Assembly (NCBI GenBank): GCA_964016885.1
Contig: OZ024742.1
Span: forward strand, 109,926,001-109,990,000
Origin: Eledone cirrhosa
Taxonomy: Eukaryota
DNA: 64,000 bases
Reading direction: 5' to 3'
Shown here: positions 39,091 to 52,487 of the stretch, piece by piece
Layout of the letters: each line of letters starts with the position of its first letter
Position numbering within the stretch: the first letter of the stretch is position 1
The notes under the pieces: generated by a model
Told to the model about the DNA's origin: nothing
The model's database searches: none
The model's input: the letters and a program-made list of their open reading frames with translations, nothing else
Program-made: the position numbers and the translations under genes

Positions 39091-40452
39091 TAACTCTCTG
39101 AGACTTTTATTTTCTCCTTACCATAGGTTAACAAAGTTAAACAAAATAAAATCAAGTTCATCTCCAGAAATGTTTAATATAACAAAGATCACACATGTAC
39201 ATAAAAAAACTCAACACACAATTTCATATTGTTTTGTTTTTTTAACCCTTTTGTTAACAGATTTCTAATGAAAGACACTGTCTATGGTTTATTTTCAAAT
39301 TATTTTGAAATTGCCACAGGTTCTATGATACAAAACTGTTTATTTAAAAAATGTTTATCATTATTGTCATCACCACAATATTATATCTATTTTTGTGTTG
39401 ATATGATTTGGATGGATTGTCATGTTATGAGACAAGATACCTTTCATGAGGCCAACCACTTGACAGTGTGCATTTTTCATGGCACTGACATTACCACATA
39501 ACAAGGTATAGTGAGTCCTTTTTATAGTGGCACTAATACTACTACTTTACAGAGTGGGCTGAGTGCATTTTATTGATACCAGCACTACCGCTTTTCAACA
39601 CTATATTTATCTAAGTCTTCCATTATAATCTTCTTTAAGAATCTTTCATCTTAACAATGAAGAAATTAGTTATAGTACTAAATCTTCTCAAGTGATTTGA
39701 TAAAAATAAAAGGCAATATCTTTCATTAGAAATATCATAACAAAAGGATTAAATATCTTTGTTGACTTCAATTTACTCAAAATGTTTTCTTTCCTTTTTA
39801 AATCCGTATAAATGTTTGATAGCAATACACTCCTTAAAATAAAAAAAAAACACAATCCAAAAGATGAAAAAACTAATGCAACATTTCAAAAACGAAAACT
39901 TCAAAACAAGTTTTCTACAAAGTGGATTTTTTTTTTCTTTTAATTCTTAACATCCTCTAATGACTTAGCAGAAAATATCTAAAAACAAATTTGTTAATAC
40001 AAATGTTTATAGTATCTATACTGATTGCTGAGAAAAATTTCAGTATTAGAATAAAGTCTTTAATTTTTAATGTGGTGCAGTTTTCTACTTTTCAAGAATG
40101 TCTTGCTAATGTGATTTCTTGTGGTTTGTTAATTTAAATGGTTATAGTATATTTACTAGTTGACAGATTATTGTGGGTATTTACAGTAAACTAAAATAAA
40201 GTCTAATTTTTAATGTAATGCAGTCATAGTAATGTTTTATTCTTTTCAAGGACTTGCTAATGTGGTTTGTTAAGTCAACTAAAATTTATAGTAAACTAAA
40301 ATAGAGACTAATTTTTAATGTAATGTAGTCATAGTGCTGTCTTGTATTTTTCAAGAATGTTTTGCTAATGTGGTTTGTTTATAGTATATTTACAAGTAGA
40401 CAGATTGTTGTGAATATTTACGGTAGAATATGTTAAGAATTAATAAATGTCA

Positions 40453-40677
40453 TCACTGTCCAGACTGGGACTGTGACTGGTTGCCATAAGATTCAGCTAG
40501 TTTATAAAACCAAGCTGATAAAGCAGCTTGTACCCGAGTCATTAGCAGGAAAGTAATTAAACCAGTTAGAAAGGTGACTCCAGACATTGCAGCAGCAAAT
40601 ATAAAACGGGGGGCAAATATCTTCCATACCATTAAATGTCTTCGGTGAATGGCTGCTGCAGTCATACTACTGAGTAA
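40453..40677 (-). CDS. PIGO: PIGO coding exon 5
   Basis: LLSSMTAAAIHRRHLMVWKIFAPRFIF...*; acceptor TTTTTTTCAG. Confidence 0.93.
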   Translation of the reverse strand, partial: LLSSMTAAAIHRRHLMVWKIFAPRFIFAAAMSGVTFLTGLITFLLMTRVQAALSAWFYKLAESYGNQSQSQSGQ

Positions 40678-43600
40678 CTGAAAAAAAGAACAACAAAAAT
40701 ATTAAATGTATTAGTGTAAGTGTGTATGTATATATATATAAAACGGTCGATCGATAGGATCCCAGCCCTCAATCGCTTAACGAGTGGGGTGGAGCTCATC
40801 AAATCAGACCAAGGAAACAATGTCCCCATTGGTCTTTCCAATTGCTAATACTATCTACTGGTTGCAAATCCAGACAGAAAGAGCAACATGAAATAAAGTG
40901 TTTTGCTCAAAGACATAACGCATCACCAAGTCCAGGAATCGAACTCACATCACGATTGCGAATCCAGTTCTCTAACCACTCATCCATGCAATTTTACATT
41001 AACTTTTCAATGCTGGCATAGGACTTTTTGAGGTACCCTTCCTTACACTAACCCTTTTATGACACAAGGATACAGTGTAACTATTCTATTCTAAACTGGA
41101 TACACATGGTTATATATGTTCTCCCTAGTATATCTAACGAGGGGTGAGGCAGAAAAGAAATTTGCACATATCTGTGCTGTGAAGTGTTCAGGATTGCGAG
41201 ACAGTATGCTAGAAAAAATTGTGATGTAGTTGGAGAAAAGTGTGTCTGAAATGACATTGGGGCACTTGTCACGTCTAATGCCGAAAAGGAGGAGGCATAG
41301 AAGACATACTATGAGAGACTGTTGAATGAGGAAAATGAATGGGACAGCGAGTGCCTACCCCATGCAGACCCTACTGAGGGACCAGCCATGCCATAAAAGT
41401 TGACAGCAGTTAGATAGTTAAAGCAATTAAGGACATGAAGGTAAGGAAAGCGGCTGGCTCATCCGGTATAGTTGATGAGATGCTAAAAGCATCTGGCATG
41501 GTAGGATATGAGCTAGCCAGATACATAGTTCATCAAGTATTCCAGGATGGTGTCATTCCCAACGACTGGCACAGCAGTGTCATTATAAATTGCTCTACGG
41601 GCAAAGGGGATGCAGAGAGAAGTAACTATAGAGGCATCAAGTTGACAGACCAAGTCATGAAAGTTACTGAAAGGGTTATAGTACAGCTAATTAGGGACAG
41701 AATCAGCTTAGATGAGATGCAGTTCAGATTTATGTCAGGTAGCAGTACTACTGATGCCCTCTTTCTGGTGAGACAAGTACAGGAGAGGTATTTTAGCTAA
41801 GAGTAAGCCACTATATCTAGCATTTGTTGATCTGGAGAAGGCCTTTGACAGGGTTCCTCGTGCTATAATTTGGTGGGTACTTAGGAAGCAAGGTGTAGAC
41901 AAATGGCTTGTGAGGGGTGTACAGGCCATGTATAGAAGAGCAACCAGCTGAGTAACAGTTAGCAATGTGTAGTGATGAATTTGAAGTGTAGGTGGGGCTC
42001 CACCTCAGTTCACTCCTGTTTATCATGGTTCAGGCCATGATTGAGGAGTTTAAAACTGGCATTCCATGGGAGCTCCTATATGCTAACAACCTAGTCCTCA
42101 TAGCTGAATCTGGAAGAACCTAGAGTTGAGGGGTCTAATAATAATGTGATACCATCAAGAAAGTGGCCTTGTTTAATGTGGTGGGCAGAAATTCTATAAA
42201 GTGCACACAACGTAAATTATGGAGGGCACAAGAAGTGTAATAGGATGGCAAGTAGGCTAACAGAAAAGATAGACTTTATATGCAGTAGATGCACAAGTAA
42301 GCAAAAAGAACACACATGAAATAGATTCCCTCAGTTGCCAGCAGGGCTCCATAGTTGTTCACAGCTGTAGTTACTTACTCCTGAGTCTCGAATAATCGTC
42401 CCCACTCTCCACTTATTAATTTTTCAGATTTTTTTCCAACCCACCTGTTTATTAAATTTTTCTAATCTATCTCCAGTGATATTTTATTTTAAGTGGTAAT
42501 ATTCCTGTGACAATTTTCTTTATACATTAAAAAACATTATACATGACAACAAAAGTACATTACTAGAAATCCCATATGTTATAAAATAAATAGGATGGGT
42601 TGGGGTTTCAATATGTAAAATAAATGACTATTCCGATTTTAAAAAATCAACGGAGACCACCTAGATAAATTATTGACCTAAACAGCCAAAGTATATGATA
42701 AATTTATATCTACATATACAGTAACAGAAACTGTATAAATGTGCATATAAATATACTCATGAAAACTATCTTTAATCAATTTTCCATTTCAGTGATACCA
42801 CTATATGTGGTATCTCCTTGTGATTGTTTAGTTGATGTAGATATCTTGATGAGACCTCAATAAGGGTTGAAAATCAATTAACTATGTTTGTCATTTTCAA
42901 TTCACAGAGGAGATGACAGGAATGCAGCAAGTGGACGAAGGCTATTCTGGAAAAAAAACCATCTAATCCATTCAAGCATGGAAAAACAGATGTAAAATGA
43001 AATATATGTCGATCATAAAGTACTTATTTTCAATTCTGTGTTCATGCCTACCCCTATCTATGGTCATGAATCTTGGCTTGAAAGAATATGGTCACAAATA
43101 CAAACATCAAAACTGAGGTTCCTCTGAAGGCACTTTGGAGAAATGTTGCTCAATAGGGTGCATAGCTCAGAATCAGGGATCACTCCTGGTAGAGCTGCTA
43201 CTTATAATAATATAATAATGAAATTATTGTGTACAGTGCTCAGGTGCACTACAACTCATCAAAGGTGCATGTATAGTACATAGAATAATGTACAAATGTC
43301 AGGAAAATAAACAGTGTATGAGTCATGATATAATAATAACAATAATGAAATATTGTGTACAGTGCCCAGGTGCACCACAACTCATCAAAAAAGTGCATGT
43401 ACAGTACATAGGGCAATGCACAAACATCAGTAAAATGAACAGTGCACGAGTCATGATACACACATGTGTGCATGTGTATGGAAGGGGTACATCAGGTGTA
43501 GTTTTGGCGTATTTTGGGAAGCATGAGTGTCTTAAAGGATGCAGTGTCTCGGCAGCTAACAATTGACGCAGGCAGTTTGTTCCATGCTTCAGCAACTCTG

Positions 43601-46600
43601 AGCGTGAAAAAATGTCTGCGAAAGTCATGGGAGCTGTGCTGTTTTCTTATCTTGTAGGCATGTCCACGTGTGTTAGACACATGGAGATCAAAGAGGCGCT
43701 CAGGGTTGCAGTTGGCGAGATGGTTAAAAACTTTGTGGGTATTCACCAAGTCCATTGCCAGACGTCGGAGCTTCAATGAATCCATGCCCAGGGAAGCAAG
43801 GCGTTCAGAGTATGGTAGGTGTCTGATGGAGGGTATGCGCTTGGTTGCACGTCTCTGAACAGTTTCCAGGAGGTCAATGTTCCGAGCAAGATAGGGGTTC
43901 CAGACTGATGATGCGAATTCCAAGTGTGGTCGCACCATAGCTGTATACAGTTTTAAATAGATGGCTGGAGAGCGGCTACTTCTCTGTATCAAGAGATCAC
44001 AGCATCAGTACTAAAGACACGTGACTAGACTATCCAAGTAAAGAATTGCTGGTCATATTTTATGGGTAAACCCAACTAGCAGGAGACCCAGTGGTAGACT
44101 ACAAGCAAGATGGTTGGATAACATCCATAAGCTAGGTTGGTCTCATTTGAGCAATTAGCCAGATCATTTTCAAACAATTGCTTTGGATAGGATCCTCCGG
44201 AAATCATGGCTGAGGACTCTGCTATTATGATCCTCTCAAGAATAAGTAGGTGAAGAAGAAGAAAAGATGAAGTACTTACTGTTAAAGAAGAGAAGAGAAA
44301 TAAACGGGCATACAACATGAACAGCAACTGAGGCACTGCACTTTTCTCAAATAATACCACATCCCCTCTCCATTCTTCCGTTTTCTTCTTGTTTGTGAAG
44401 TATTCCACTGCAGGTTTATTAATATGAGGCCAAAACACTAACAGTGGTGCTGCTATGGTAAATAGGATTGGTCCAGCAAATGTGTTCAGTGTGATCAGAA
44501 CTGAAGGAATGATATAGGTTGTAAAGTCTCCATAGAAACCAACAAATGCTGATTCCCACCGAATCGTCTGGATGGTTGCCTGATGTCCGGTGACGTAGAA
44601 GAAACAAATTGACAATAGACTCCACATTGTTATCGATGGCCATGAAACTTCAGTATTCTCTGACAAAACACAAAAAAACAACATTTTATTCAACTACAAC
44701 AGTGAAGGCACCTAACCTAGTGGTTAGAGTGTTAGATTAATGATCATAATGCCACAGGTTTGACATGAACCAGGTAGTCTGTTGTGTTCTTAAGCAAAAC
44801 ATTTAATTTCACATTGCTCCAATACACTCAGCTGAAAATGAGTACCAGCAGTAGCTGAGGGTTACCCCTGGACTGGTGTCCTGTCCAGTGGGGAGTCTTA
44901 TATAATATCACTGAATGCTGATGGAACTGGGATAAGCACTGGTCTGATGAGCTAGACATGGGAAAAAAACTCAACCCTTTTGATACCAAACTGAAACCAC
45001 ACTTGGTGCTATTAGACAAAACTATATTTTGAAGTGTTTATATTAATCTAAAATATATATATCAAACACCAGCTTAATAACAAGAAAGATAGTTATATTA
45101 TTAAATCCCCTAAATTTTCTTTCATTATTTTCAAATTTATTGACAGTGTCTTTCTTAAGGAATATTGTAATAGAAGGGTTAACCTACTAATGTTTTGAGA
45201 TCTCTCTATTATAATGAACTCTACTATTCAGAATATCTCTATCAATGTACCTGTGTATATATATATATATATATATTTATTTTCCCCAAAACATTTTTTG
45301 TTTCTTCCTCTTCTCATTCTTTATCTTTGTATTTTTTCTTTTATTTCTTATTCTATCTTCTGATGAAGGACTAGTGTCCGAAACATTAAGGCCCTTTTCT
45401 TACTATATCAAGCGTTAAACTAATATAATTCTTCATTGTTCTGTATTATTTGCTTCATTGTTTCCATTTACTTTTTGCATATACAGATCATCATCATCGT
45501 TTTAACATCTGCATTCCCTGCTAACAAGGGTTGGAAAGATGTACATAGGCCAAGTCAGTACTGAAGCAGGGCTACTGACTCCGAGACAGGCTGGGAGTTT
45601 GCATTTCACTTACGTACAGTCTCGTGTTCTACCAAATGCACAGGAGAGGTTGTCATGTTGACACAACTGAAGGTTCTCCCAACCCTTTGTTTGGCAAGAT
45701 TACTATGGCTGGATGCCCTTCCTATCACCAACCACTTTATAGCATGTACTGGGAGTGTTTATCCTGTAGATCACCAACACTACCACGTCACAAACACATA
45801 ATACAGACACATTGAGACAACACAAGAAGCAATGCTCACTTCTTCAACCACCCACTATAAGCTATGTAATCTGATTTCAATGCTAGGGTGGTACAGAGCC
45901 TATAGTTGCATCAAAGCTACTAGTGAATAAACACAAGAAACAAATATAAACACAACTAATGTATTTCAATATATATGTGATGATGATGATGATATAATCT
46001 AAAAACATTGCTTCATTATAGTTTGGTGTAGAAACGAAATATTACTTATCCCATCTGTAAAACTATGGGTTATGTACTAATAATGTTGATTATGATGATA
46101 GTAGTCATGTTGATGAAGGTGGTGATGGTAATGATGTTGCTAATGATGATTTCTTTACATTTCTTTTTAAATAATGATATTTTTACACAATAATAAAAGA
46201 AACAGAAAATCTTTTGTGAGTGAACTTACCTAACTTTACTGAATTGTGGTAGAATGTGGAATGTAGCTCAAGGAACACACAAATAAGGATTAAAGCCAGT
46301 AATATACTAGGGGTCATACCATCACCAAGTAATAAACTCACTAACAAAGAACACATTATTAAACAGTAAATGCTGGATGCTGTTTGAACTGTGCCAAGTC
46401 CATAAGCAATTGCAGGTTTCTCTGAATCTTCATCTTTATCTTCCCAGTTTTTATGTAGCTGTTTGAAAACCTCTGGAATAATCTCGGTAACTGAAGTCCG
46501 CCATGCAGGTATACTTAGTTTTTTCCTGTTATACTGTACAAGGTGAACACATAATGGGTTGATTATAAAAGACAACATAGATAATATGAGCAGTGTGTAG

Positions 46601-49600
46601 GCCAATCTTGCTAGAATGACATGCTGTATGTGAGGTAAATTGTCAAGGACCTTAGCGGGGAGACCTTGGACAGCCCAATGTAAACCAATACATAGGGTCG
46701 CAGCCGGAAACCCGTATTTATAAAACAACACTGTCATTATGTTACTGTTTAGGTTTCCATAAAAACGTAACCACTGATGAGACGCAACAACAACAGTAAT
46801 GATGCAAGCGACACTGAAAAAATAACGCAAATTTTTGCTTTCGTTGTCTGAGAGGCTTGAAAGGGGAAATGTGAATATAGAGTGAATACAAGTCCATTGC
46901 TCTTCCCGACAAGTGCGGAAAGATGAAGAAAACCTCAAGGTGAGGCAAAACAGCAAAACTAGAAGAAATATAATGAATGCTGGGTGGATGAAGATGTAGC
47001 CAATGTCAAACTTGTTGAGTGACTTACTGCGTTTACTTGGTCCATCTCTATAATGGGCAGATTTGTCGTGAAGGGCTTTTCTTAAAAGTTGGACAAAATA
47101 ACAGCAGACATGACTAAGAATTAGAAATATGACAACACAATCTTCATAAACAACATAACTGTTAGAAAAGAAGCCAGAAATATATATGATGGTTGTTAAA
47201 CAAGAACAACTAGTAATGAGGTCAAACTTGCGTGGATTGAACATTTTTTTCAGAGAAGATAGAGATGCTAGTTTGCTTTTAGTAATAGCTAAGTAAATGA
47301 TTGGTACAAGAATAGCTATATCTAAAATAATCATTATAGAAGGAGTACTCAATAGAAAACTATCTCTAAAATAAAGTGTTTGGATTATACTTAAAGTAGA
47401 AATTATAAAAATACCACACAGGAGAAAAATTAGGGATTTAGGATAAGATGTATCTTTGACAAAAGATAGTTTTATGAAATAGATATTCACAAAAATAGCA
47501 AAAAACATAAGAAAAAATCCGAGCAAAATTTGAGTGGTGTCGAACTTGGCCCAAGAATCTTGACACATTTCTTTAATTTCAGAGATGTATGTAACATAAT
47601 TATTTTTAAGACGAGCCAACCAATCTTTGTCAGCTGCACCATCTCCAACTTTCACCATTTCTGTAACAAAACGGCTGAATTCCTCCTCTGCTTTCTCAAA
47701 TTTCAGGTGAAGCTGTAAGAACTTGTTTTTTATCTGTGGTTCTCCTGAGATTTGAGAATAAATCTGAGAATATTGGTCGAGTTGATGTGCATTTAATCGA
47801 AGAGCTTTGATGTTGTGGTAAAGTTGTTTGGCATTACTGAAGGTATCCCACCATGGGCAAAATGAGAAGAGGTCATTGATTATCATTCCAAGATTTGAAA
47901 AAGGAATTGGAACTCCTAACAGGAGAGAGAGGGTTGGAACAAAATCAACTTGAGCGATGCTTGGAATTGTTACAGTTGAAGTCTGGAAATAGAATTGGAG
48001 AAAAAATAAAAATTAGTACAGCTTAACAATCTGAAATTCTAAAATCGAAAAGTTTTTCTAGTGCTGACAAATTTATATAAAACTACTTCCAAGATATATG
48101 TAGTTTATATAAAACAACCTCCAGGGCTTTTTGTCCACTGGGACCATGAGGCAGACTAACCCTTAAATGTGAGTGAATTTGATTGTCAAATTTAGAGAAA
48201 AAGTTACTTTTGATTTCTATAGTCATTATTACCTTTAAGGTAAGTGTAATTTATATAAAACTAAGTTCAGGGTATGCATAGTTTATATTAAACTACCTTC
48301 AGATATATGTAATATATATAAAACTACTTTCAGGGTATATGTATAAGCTGTATTATGAAATGTAAATAGATATTGTATTCAGGCTTGCGATCCATCCTGA
48401 CAAAATCTGAAACACTCCCAGTCCCAAGCATTTCAGATAAATGAATCACGTGTATTTATTTATGCTTTACAAACATCCTTATTATCACCATTGGTACCAT
48501 TTACACTATTCCTATATTATTGTTGGTATGAGAGAGAGAGTAGAGTCATAAGTAGAGGTGACAAGGGATGCAGTTGCTTTGCTTGTAAATATTTAGGTCC
48601 TGTAAAAAAATAAAAGCATAAGAATCGATTAGGTGTAAACTATGCTACCAAGTTATACATTCTGGCTTACCTTTGATGGTGGGTATCTTAAACGTGATGG
48701 ACTGTAGATAAATAAACCAGACTCCAGCTCATCTTTACTGTCACCACCATGATCCCCTGTAGAGGTCATACCATGATCTCCAAACAAAAATAAAACTGTA
48801 TCCTCCTTCATTTGTTTCATGACAGAACTGAAAAAAAGAAGAGAATAGTTAAATTTACAGCTCACATCTATGTTGGTTTAGCTAGCCTCCTACAAGATTT
48901 TATCTCTCAGGTTTTTCAGGTGTTTTAATGATAATGTCCTCAGTTCTATTATATACACACGTTATGTTGTTACAGCACCCACCTTTGTAGGTATATGAGG
49001 CCTCCCAAGAAATTGTATCTCATAGGAGGTTTTTCAAGCGTGTTAATGATAGGGTTCCCCTTTCTATCATGCACATATATATGAATGTTGTTACAGCTCC
49101 CACCTATGTGTTAAGCTGGCTTCCTTCAAGATTGTATCTCAAACGTTTCTCAGGTGTTTTAATGATAGGGTCCTCAATCCTATCATATACAAATATATGA
49201 TATTACAGCTCCCCCTTATGTAGGTTTAGCTAGCCTCCCATGAGGCTGTATCTCATAGGAGGTTTCTCAAGTGTATTAATGATAGGGTCAAGATGTGTAT
49301 GATGAAAAAGAAGACGATTTAGAGACATATGACATAGATAATAACTGGAATTTCTTACGTGACAACTTACTGCAGGCTACTGATGAAACTTGTGGCTGGA
49401 GCATAGCTTCAACCAGACAGAGAGTGACCTGGTGGTGGAACAGCACAGTAGATAAGGCCATTAGAGACCAAAGACTAGCATGGAAGGCTTGGAAAAAGGG
49501 TTGGAGTAGGGAAGAATATACAGCCGCTAAGAGAGAAGCTAGACGTCGAGTGTACTTAACACGCAGGGAGGCTGAGAGTAGGAGGTTTGCCAATGTTCTG

Positions 49601-51330
49601 CGACGAGAAGATCAGAGGCGTGCGGTGTTCCACATTGCAAGGCAGTGTGTCAATGCAAATCAGGATGTTGTTGGAGATAAATGTGTCCGGAACAATACCG
49701 GTGTACTTAGTGTCACGAATGATCAGAAAAAGGAGGCTTGGAAATGTCATTATGAGAGACTGATGAATGTGGAGAATGAATGGGAGAGAGAGAAATTACC
49801 CTCAGTAGATCCGACAGAGGGACCAGCTATTGAGATTGACGAATATAGGGTCCAAGAGGCGATTAAGGTAATGAAAAATGGTAAGGCTGCTGGACCATCG
49901 GGAATAGTTGCTGAGATGCTGAAGCCACTATACTTAGCCTTTGATAGGGTACCCCGATCTGTCATCTGGTGGTCCCTAAGGAAACTAGGTGTTGAGGAAT
50001 GGCTTGTGAGGACAGTGCAAACTTTGTACAGAGGTACTCTCAGTAAAGTCAGGGTAGGAATGGAGTTTAGTGAGGAATTCCAGATACAAGTAGGAGTACA
50101 TCAAGGTTCGGTCCTCAGCCCGCTCTTGTTCATTATAGTCCTCCAAGCCATAACAGAGGAGTTTAAGACTGGCTGTCCATGGGAACTTCTCTATGCTGAC
50201 AATCTGGTTCTTATAGCAGAATCAGTAGAGGAGCTAGAGAATAAATTCTGACTATGGAAACAGCAGTTGGAAGCAAGAGGACTGCGAGTGAACCTAGCTA
50301 AGACAAAAGTGTTGATGAGTAGAAAAGAGGACAAAACCCTGATTCCGTCAGGGAAATGGCCATGTTCGATATGCAGAAAAGGAACTGGCATAAATTCTAT
50401 AAAATGCACACAATGCAGATCCTGGGTACTCAAGAGATGTAGCAGGATAGCAGGCAAACTAACAGGTAGGGAGAAATATGTATGCAGTAGATGTACAGGG
50501 AAATTAGACAGTAGAAGTCGCATTGATAGACACATTTTTCAAATGCAGGCGGGTGCTATAGAAGTGGTGGAGAGCTTCCGGTACCTAAGAGATCAGATTA
50601 GCATGGGGGGGGGGGGTCCGAGGCCATAGTATCTAGAATAAGGACGGGTTGGAAGAAGTTTAGGGAGCTGCTTCCTCTGCTGACGAAGAAGGGTTTCTCC
50701 CTGCGTACGAAAGGCCAGTTATATGATGCCTGTGTGAGGAGCGCGATGTTGCATGGTAGTGAGACATGGGCAGCAACTGCAGAGGATATGCGATGGCTGG
50801 AGAGAAATGAGGCAAGCATGCTCCGTTGGATGTGCAGTGTCAATGTGCGTGAACGACCCAGCATGAATGTGTTGAGAGAGAAACTGTGTCTGAGAGTGAT
50901 AGAATGTAGTGTACGGGAGAGGAGACTGAGGTGGTATGGACATGTGATGCGCATGGAGGATGACTGATGGGTAAAGAAGTGCCAGGAAATGCCAGTTGAA
51001 GGAAGACGTGGTAGAGGTAGACCACGAAAAACATGGGCGGAGGTGGTGAGAACAGACCTCAGATCGCTGAAGCTCACGGTGGAGATGACGAAGGACCGTG
51101 ACAAGTGGAGAGATGCTGTGCTGAATAAGACCCGTCCCACCCTTGCAAGCAGGGAAGAGCGGACGTAAAATGATGATGATGATGCGTTGTTACAGCTCCC
51201 ATATGCGTTGGTTTATCTCAGTGTTTTAATGACAGGGTTCCCAGCATTTTGTTTAGCTTATGATCAGCACTGAATGAGAAGACATATGATTTAAAGGCAC
51301 TCCAGCAGTGAACATTTCCTTTTGCTTCAG

Positions 51331-51365
<35 letters not shown>

Positions 51366-52487
51366 ACTCACGACCACATTATTTAAAGTGTTCTGTCTTC
51401 AATAAGGTTTGATGAGGGACTGTAGTTTCAGCAACACAGATTTTCCCTTCTTAGTTCGCGCGTGCAGTAACGGATTAAGGTGTTGGAGTAACTGACGAGG
51501 CTATAACCAAGGGCCCCAAATTAACTTTTTTTGCTACCATAAATAATAAATTTAGTTCGAAGGGCATCCAAATGAAATTTGTTTGTCAGAGGCCTCATGC
51601 AGGCTTAAAACGCCCGTGTGTGTGTGTGTGTGTGTGTGTGTATTGATAACGCATGCAGTGTAATCGCTTTACATTGAAAAGGTATAAGAAATAACGGAGC
51701 ATGTTATAAAACATTAAATAACTTACTCAAGCATATCGTTCATCTGTGATAGTTTCTCGGCCATGGCTGAATGGTTTGGTCCGAAACGATGCCCGCAGTG
51801 GTCAACGCCGAGAAAATGTGCAATCAAAACATCCCAATCGGACTTTACAAGTTCTGACGAGAGATGTTTTATAATGCCATTATCTACGGTGTGTAAGTCT
51901 TTAACATTGAAAGAGGGAAATGGCAAGGATTTAGAAAATCTGCCGGGAAAAAGCCCCATCCATGTGTCATCTCCGAGAAATTTAATTTTTTTTTTCTGGG
52001 CAACTAATTGGTCGATGATGTTATCCTCTGTGATTTCTGATGAGCGAAAATTCGATCCAGCTTCAATAAATGTTGGCAGACTCCCAGTAGTAAGACCACT
52101 CAACCGTTGCATTGTCGTTGTCGGAGGGTCAGCAATAAATTTATATAGCAATGCACGATCTTTTTCATGTTTATATTTATCGTGTACAACTGTTAACTTG
52201 TTAAGATAGGGCAACATATCTGTCTTAGCTGTGGTATTGGGGACTAAGAAATCGTATCTGAGGCCATCAATAATGATGATTATGGCTCGTCGAAATCGTC
52301 CGTGCATCCAGCAACCCCGTTCTCCATGCCTTTCCAGCACGGTGGCAAAGTTTACATCACATTGGCTCTTCTCTGGTAATACAGTACGTTTAAGCAAGAA
52401 ACCCTGAGCAAATATATACACAGCTAACGCATAAAGAAATGTTAATACGAAAAGAAGGAAAAAAAGACGACACATACCAGCAACCAT
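40453..52487 (-). CDS. PIGO: GPI ethanolamine phosphate transferase 3, complement join(52487-51727,48827-48671,47982-46230,44659-44280,40677-40453), about 1091 aa
   Basis: GT-AG introns with consistent phases (3276 nt). Motifs IIDGLRYDF, ADPPTTTMQRL, HFLGVDHCGH, GDHGMT..GDHGG, CREEQ, TGHQAT...I.W..AF and RRHLMVWKIFAPRF. N-terminal anchor plus a multi-TM C-terminal half. Confidence 0.95.
41175..42370 (+). mobile_element. RTE LINE remnant in PIGO intron 4 (antisense to PIGO)
   Basis: KAAGSSGIVDEMLK...NYRGIKL...MQFRFMSGSSTTDALFLVRQVQE, then DLEKAFDRVPR. Confidence 0.85.
43222..43980 (-). mobile_element. CR1-clade LINE 3' fragment with duplicated 3' end
   Basis: LYTAMVRPHLEFASSVWNPY...LETVQRRATK...Y.ERL..L...TRGH...FF..RV...WNKLP. 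The 3' UTR is repeated at about 43222-43328 and 43345-43458. Confidence 0.88.
44280..44659 (-). CDS. PIGO: PIGO coding exon 4
   Basis: FFYVTGHQATIQTIRWESAFVGF...LNTFAGPIL; bounded by TGTCAG and GTAAGT. Confidence 0.93.
44700..44960 (+). mobile_element. tRNA-derived SINE with conserved central domain (V/Meta-SINE-like)
   Basis: tRNA-like head followed by GGGTTACCC..GGACTGGTGTCCTGTCCAG.GGGGAGT. The family assignment is from memory and tentative. Confidence 0.5.
45357..45391 (+). ncRNA. Minimal hammerhead ribozyme motif (Penelope-type) in PIGO intron 3, antisense
   Basis: CUU-CUGAUGA-A-GGAC UAGU GUCC-GAAACAUUA^AGG: intact core, 4-bp stem II and 3-bp stem I, downstream of a (TA)n tract. Confidence 0.65.
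46230..47982 (-). CDS. PIGO: PIGO coding exon 3
   Basis: AQVDFVPTLSLLLGVPIPFSNLG followed by the 567-aa ORF with many TM segments; bounded by TTTCCAG and GTAAG. Confidence 0.93.
48671..48827 (-). CDS. PIGO: PIGO coding exon 2
   Basis: SVMKQMKEDTVLFLFGDHGMTSTGDHGGDSKDELESGLFIYS; bounded by CAG and GTAAG. Confidence 0.93.
48860..49289. repeat. About 115-bp minisatellite in PIGO intron 1
   Basis: About 4 units of GTTACAGC(T)CCCACCT..GTATCTC..GTGTTTTAATGATAGGGT, resuming at 51184-51243 after the RTE. Confidence 0.75.
49290..51183 (+). mobile_element. 5'-truncated RTE LINE in PIGO intron 1 with internal deletions and (GAT)n tail
   Basis: ORFs 49295-50251 (GVHQGSVLSPLLF..LLYADNL), 50267-50629 (WPCSICRKG..CTQC) and 50734-50967 (MLHGSETW..RLRWYGHVMR). 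Ends CGGACGTAAAATGATGATGAT. Confidence 0.9.
51727..52487 (-). CDS. PIGO: PIGO coding exon 1
   Basis: First ATG at 52487 (alternative 52475). Alkaline-phosphatase-fold motifs; donor GTAAGT at 51726. Confidence 0.92.

Noticed and set aside
44943-44965. CTGATGAG in the SINE 3' part as a hammerhead
   Set aside because: Stems do not close and there is no properly positioned GAAA/NUH.
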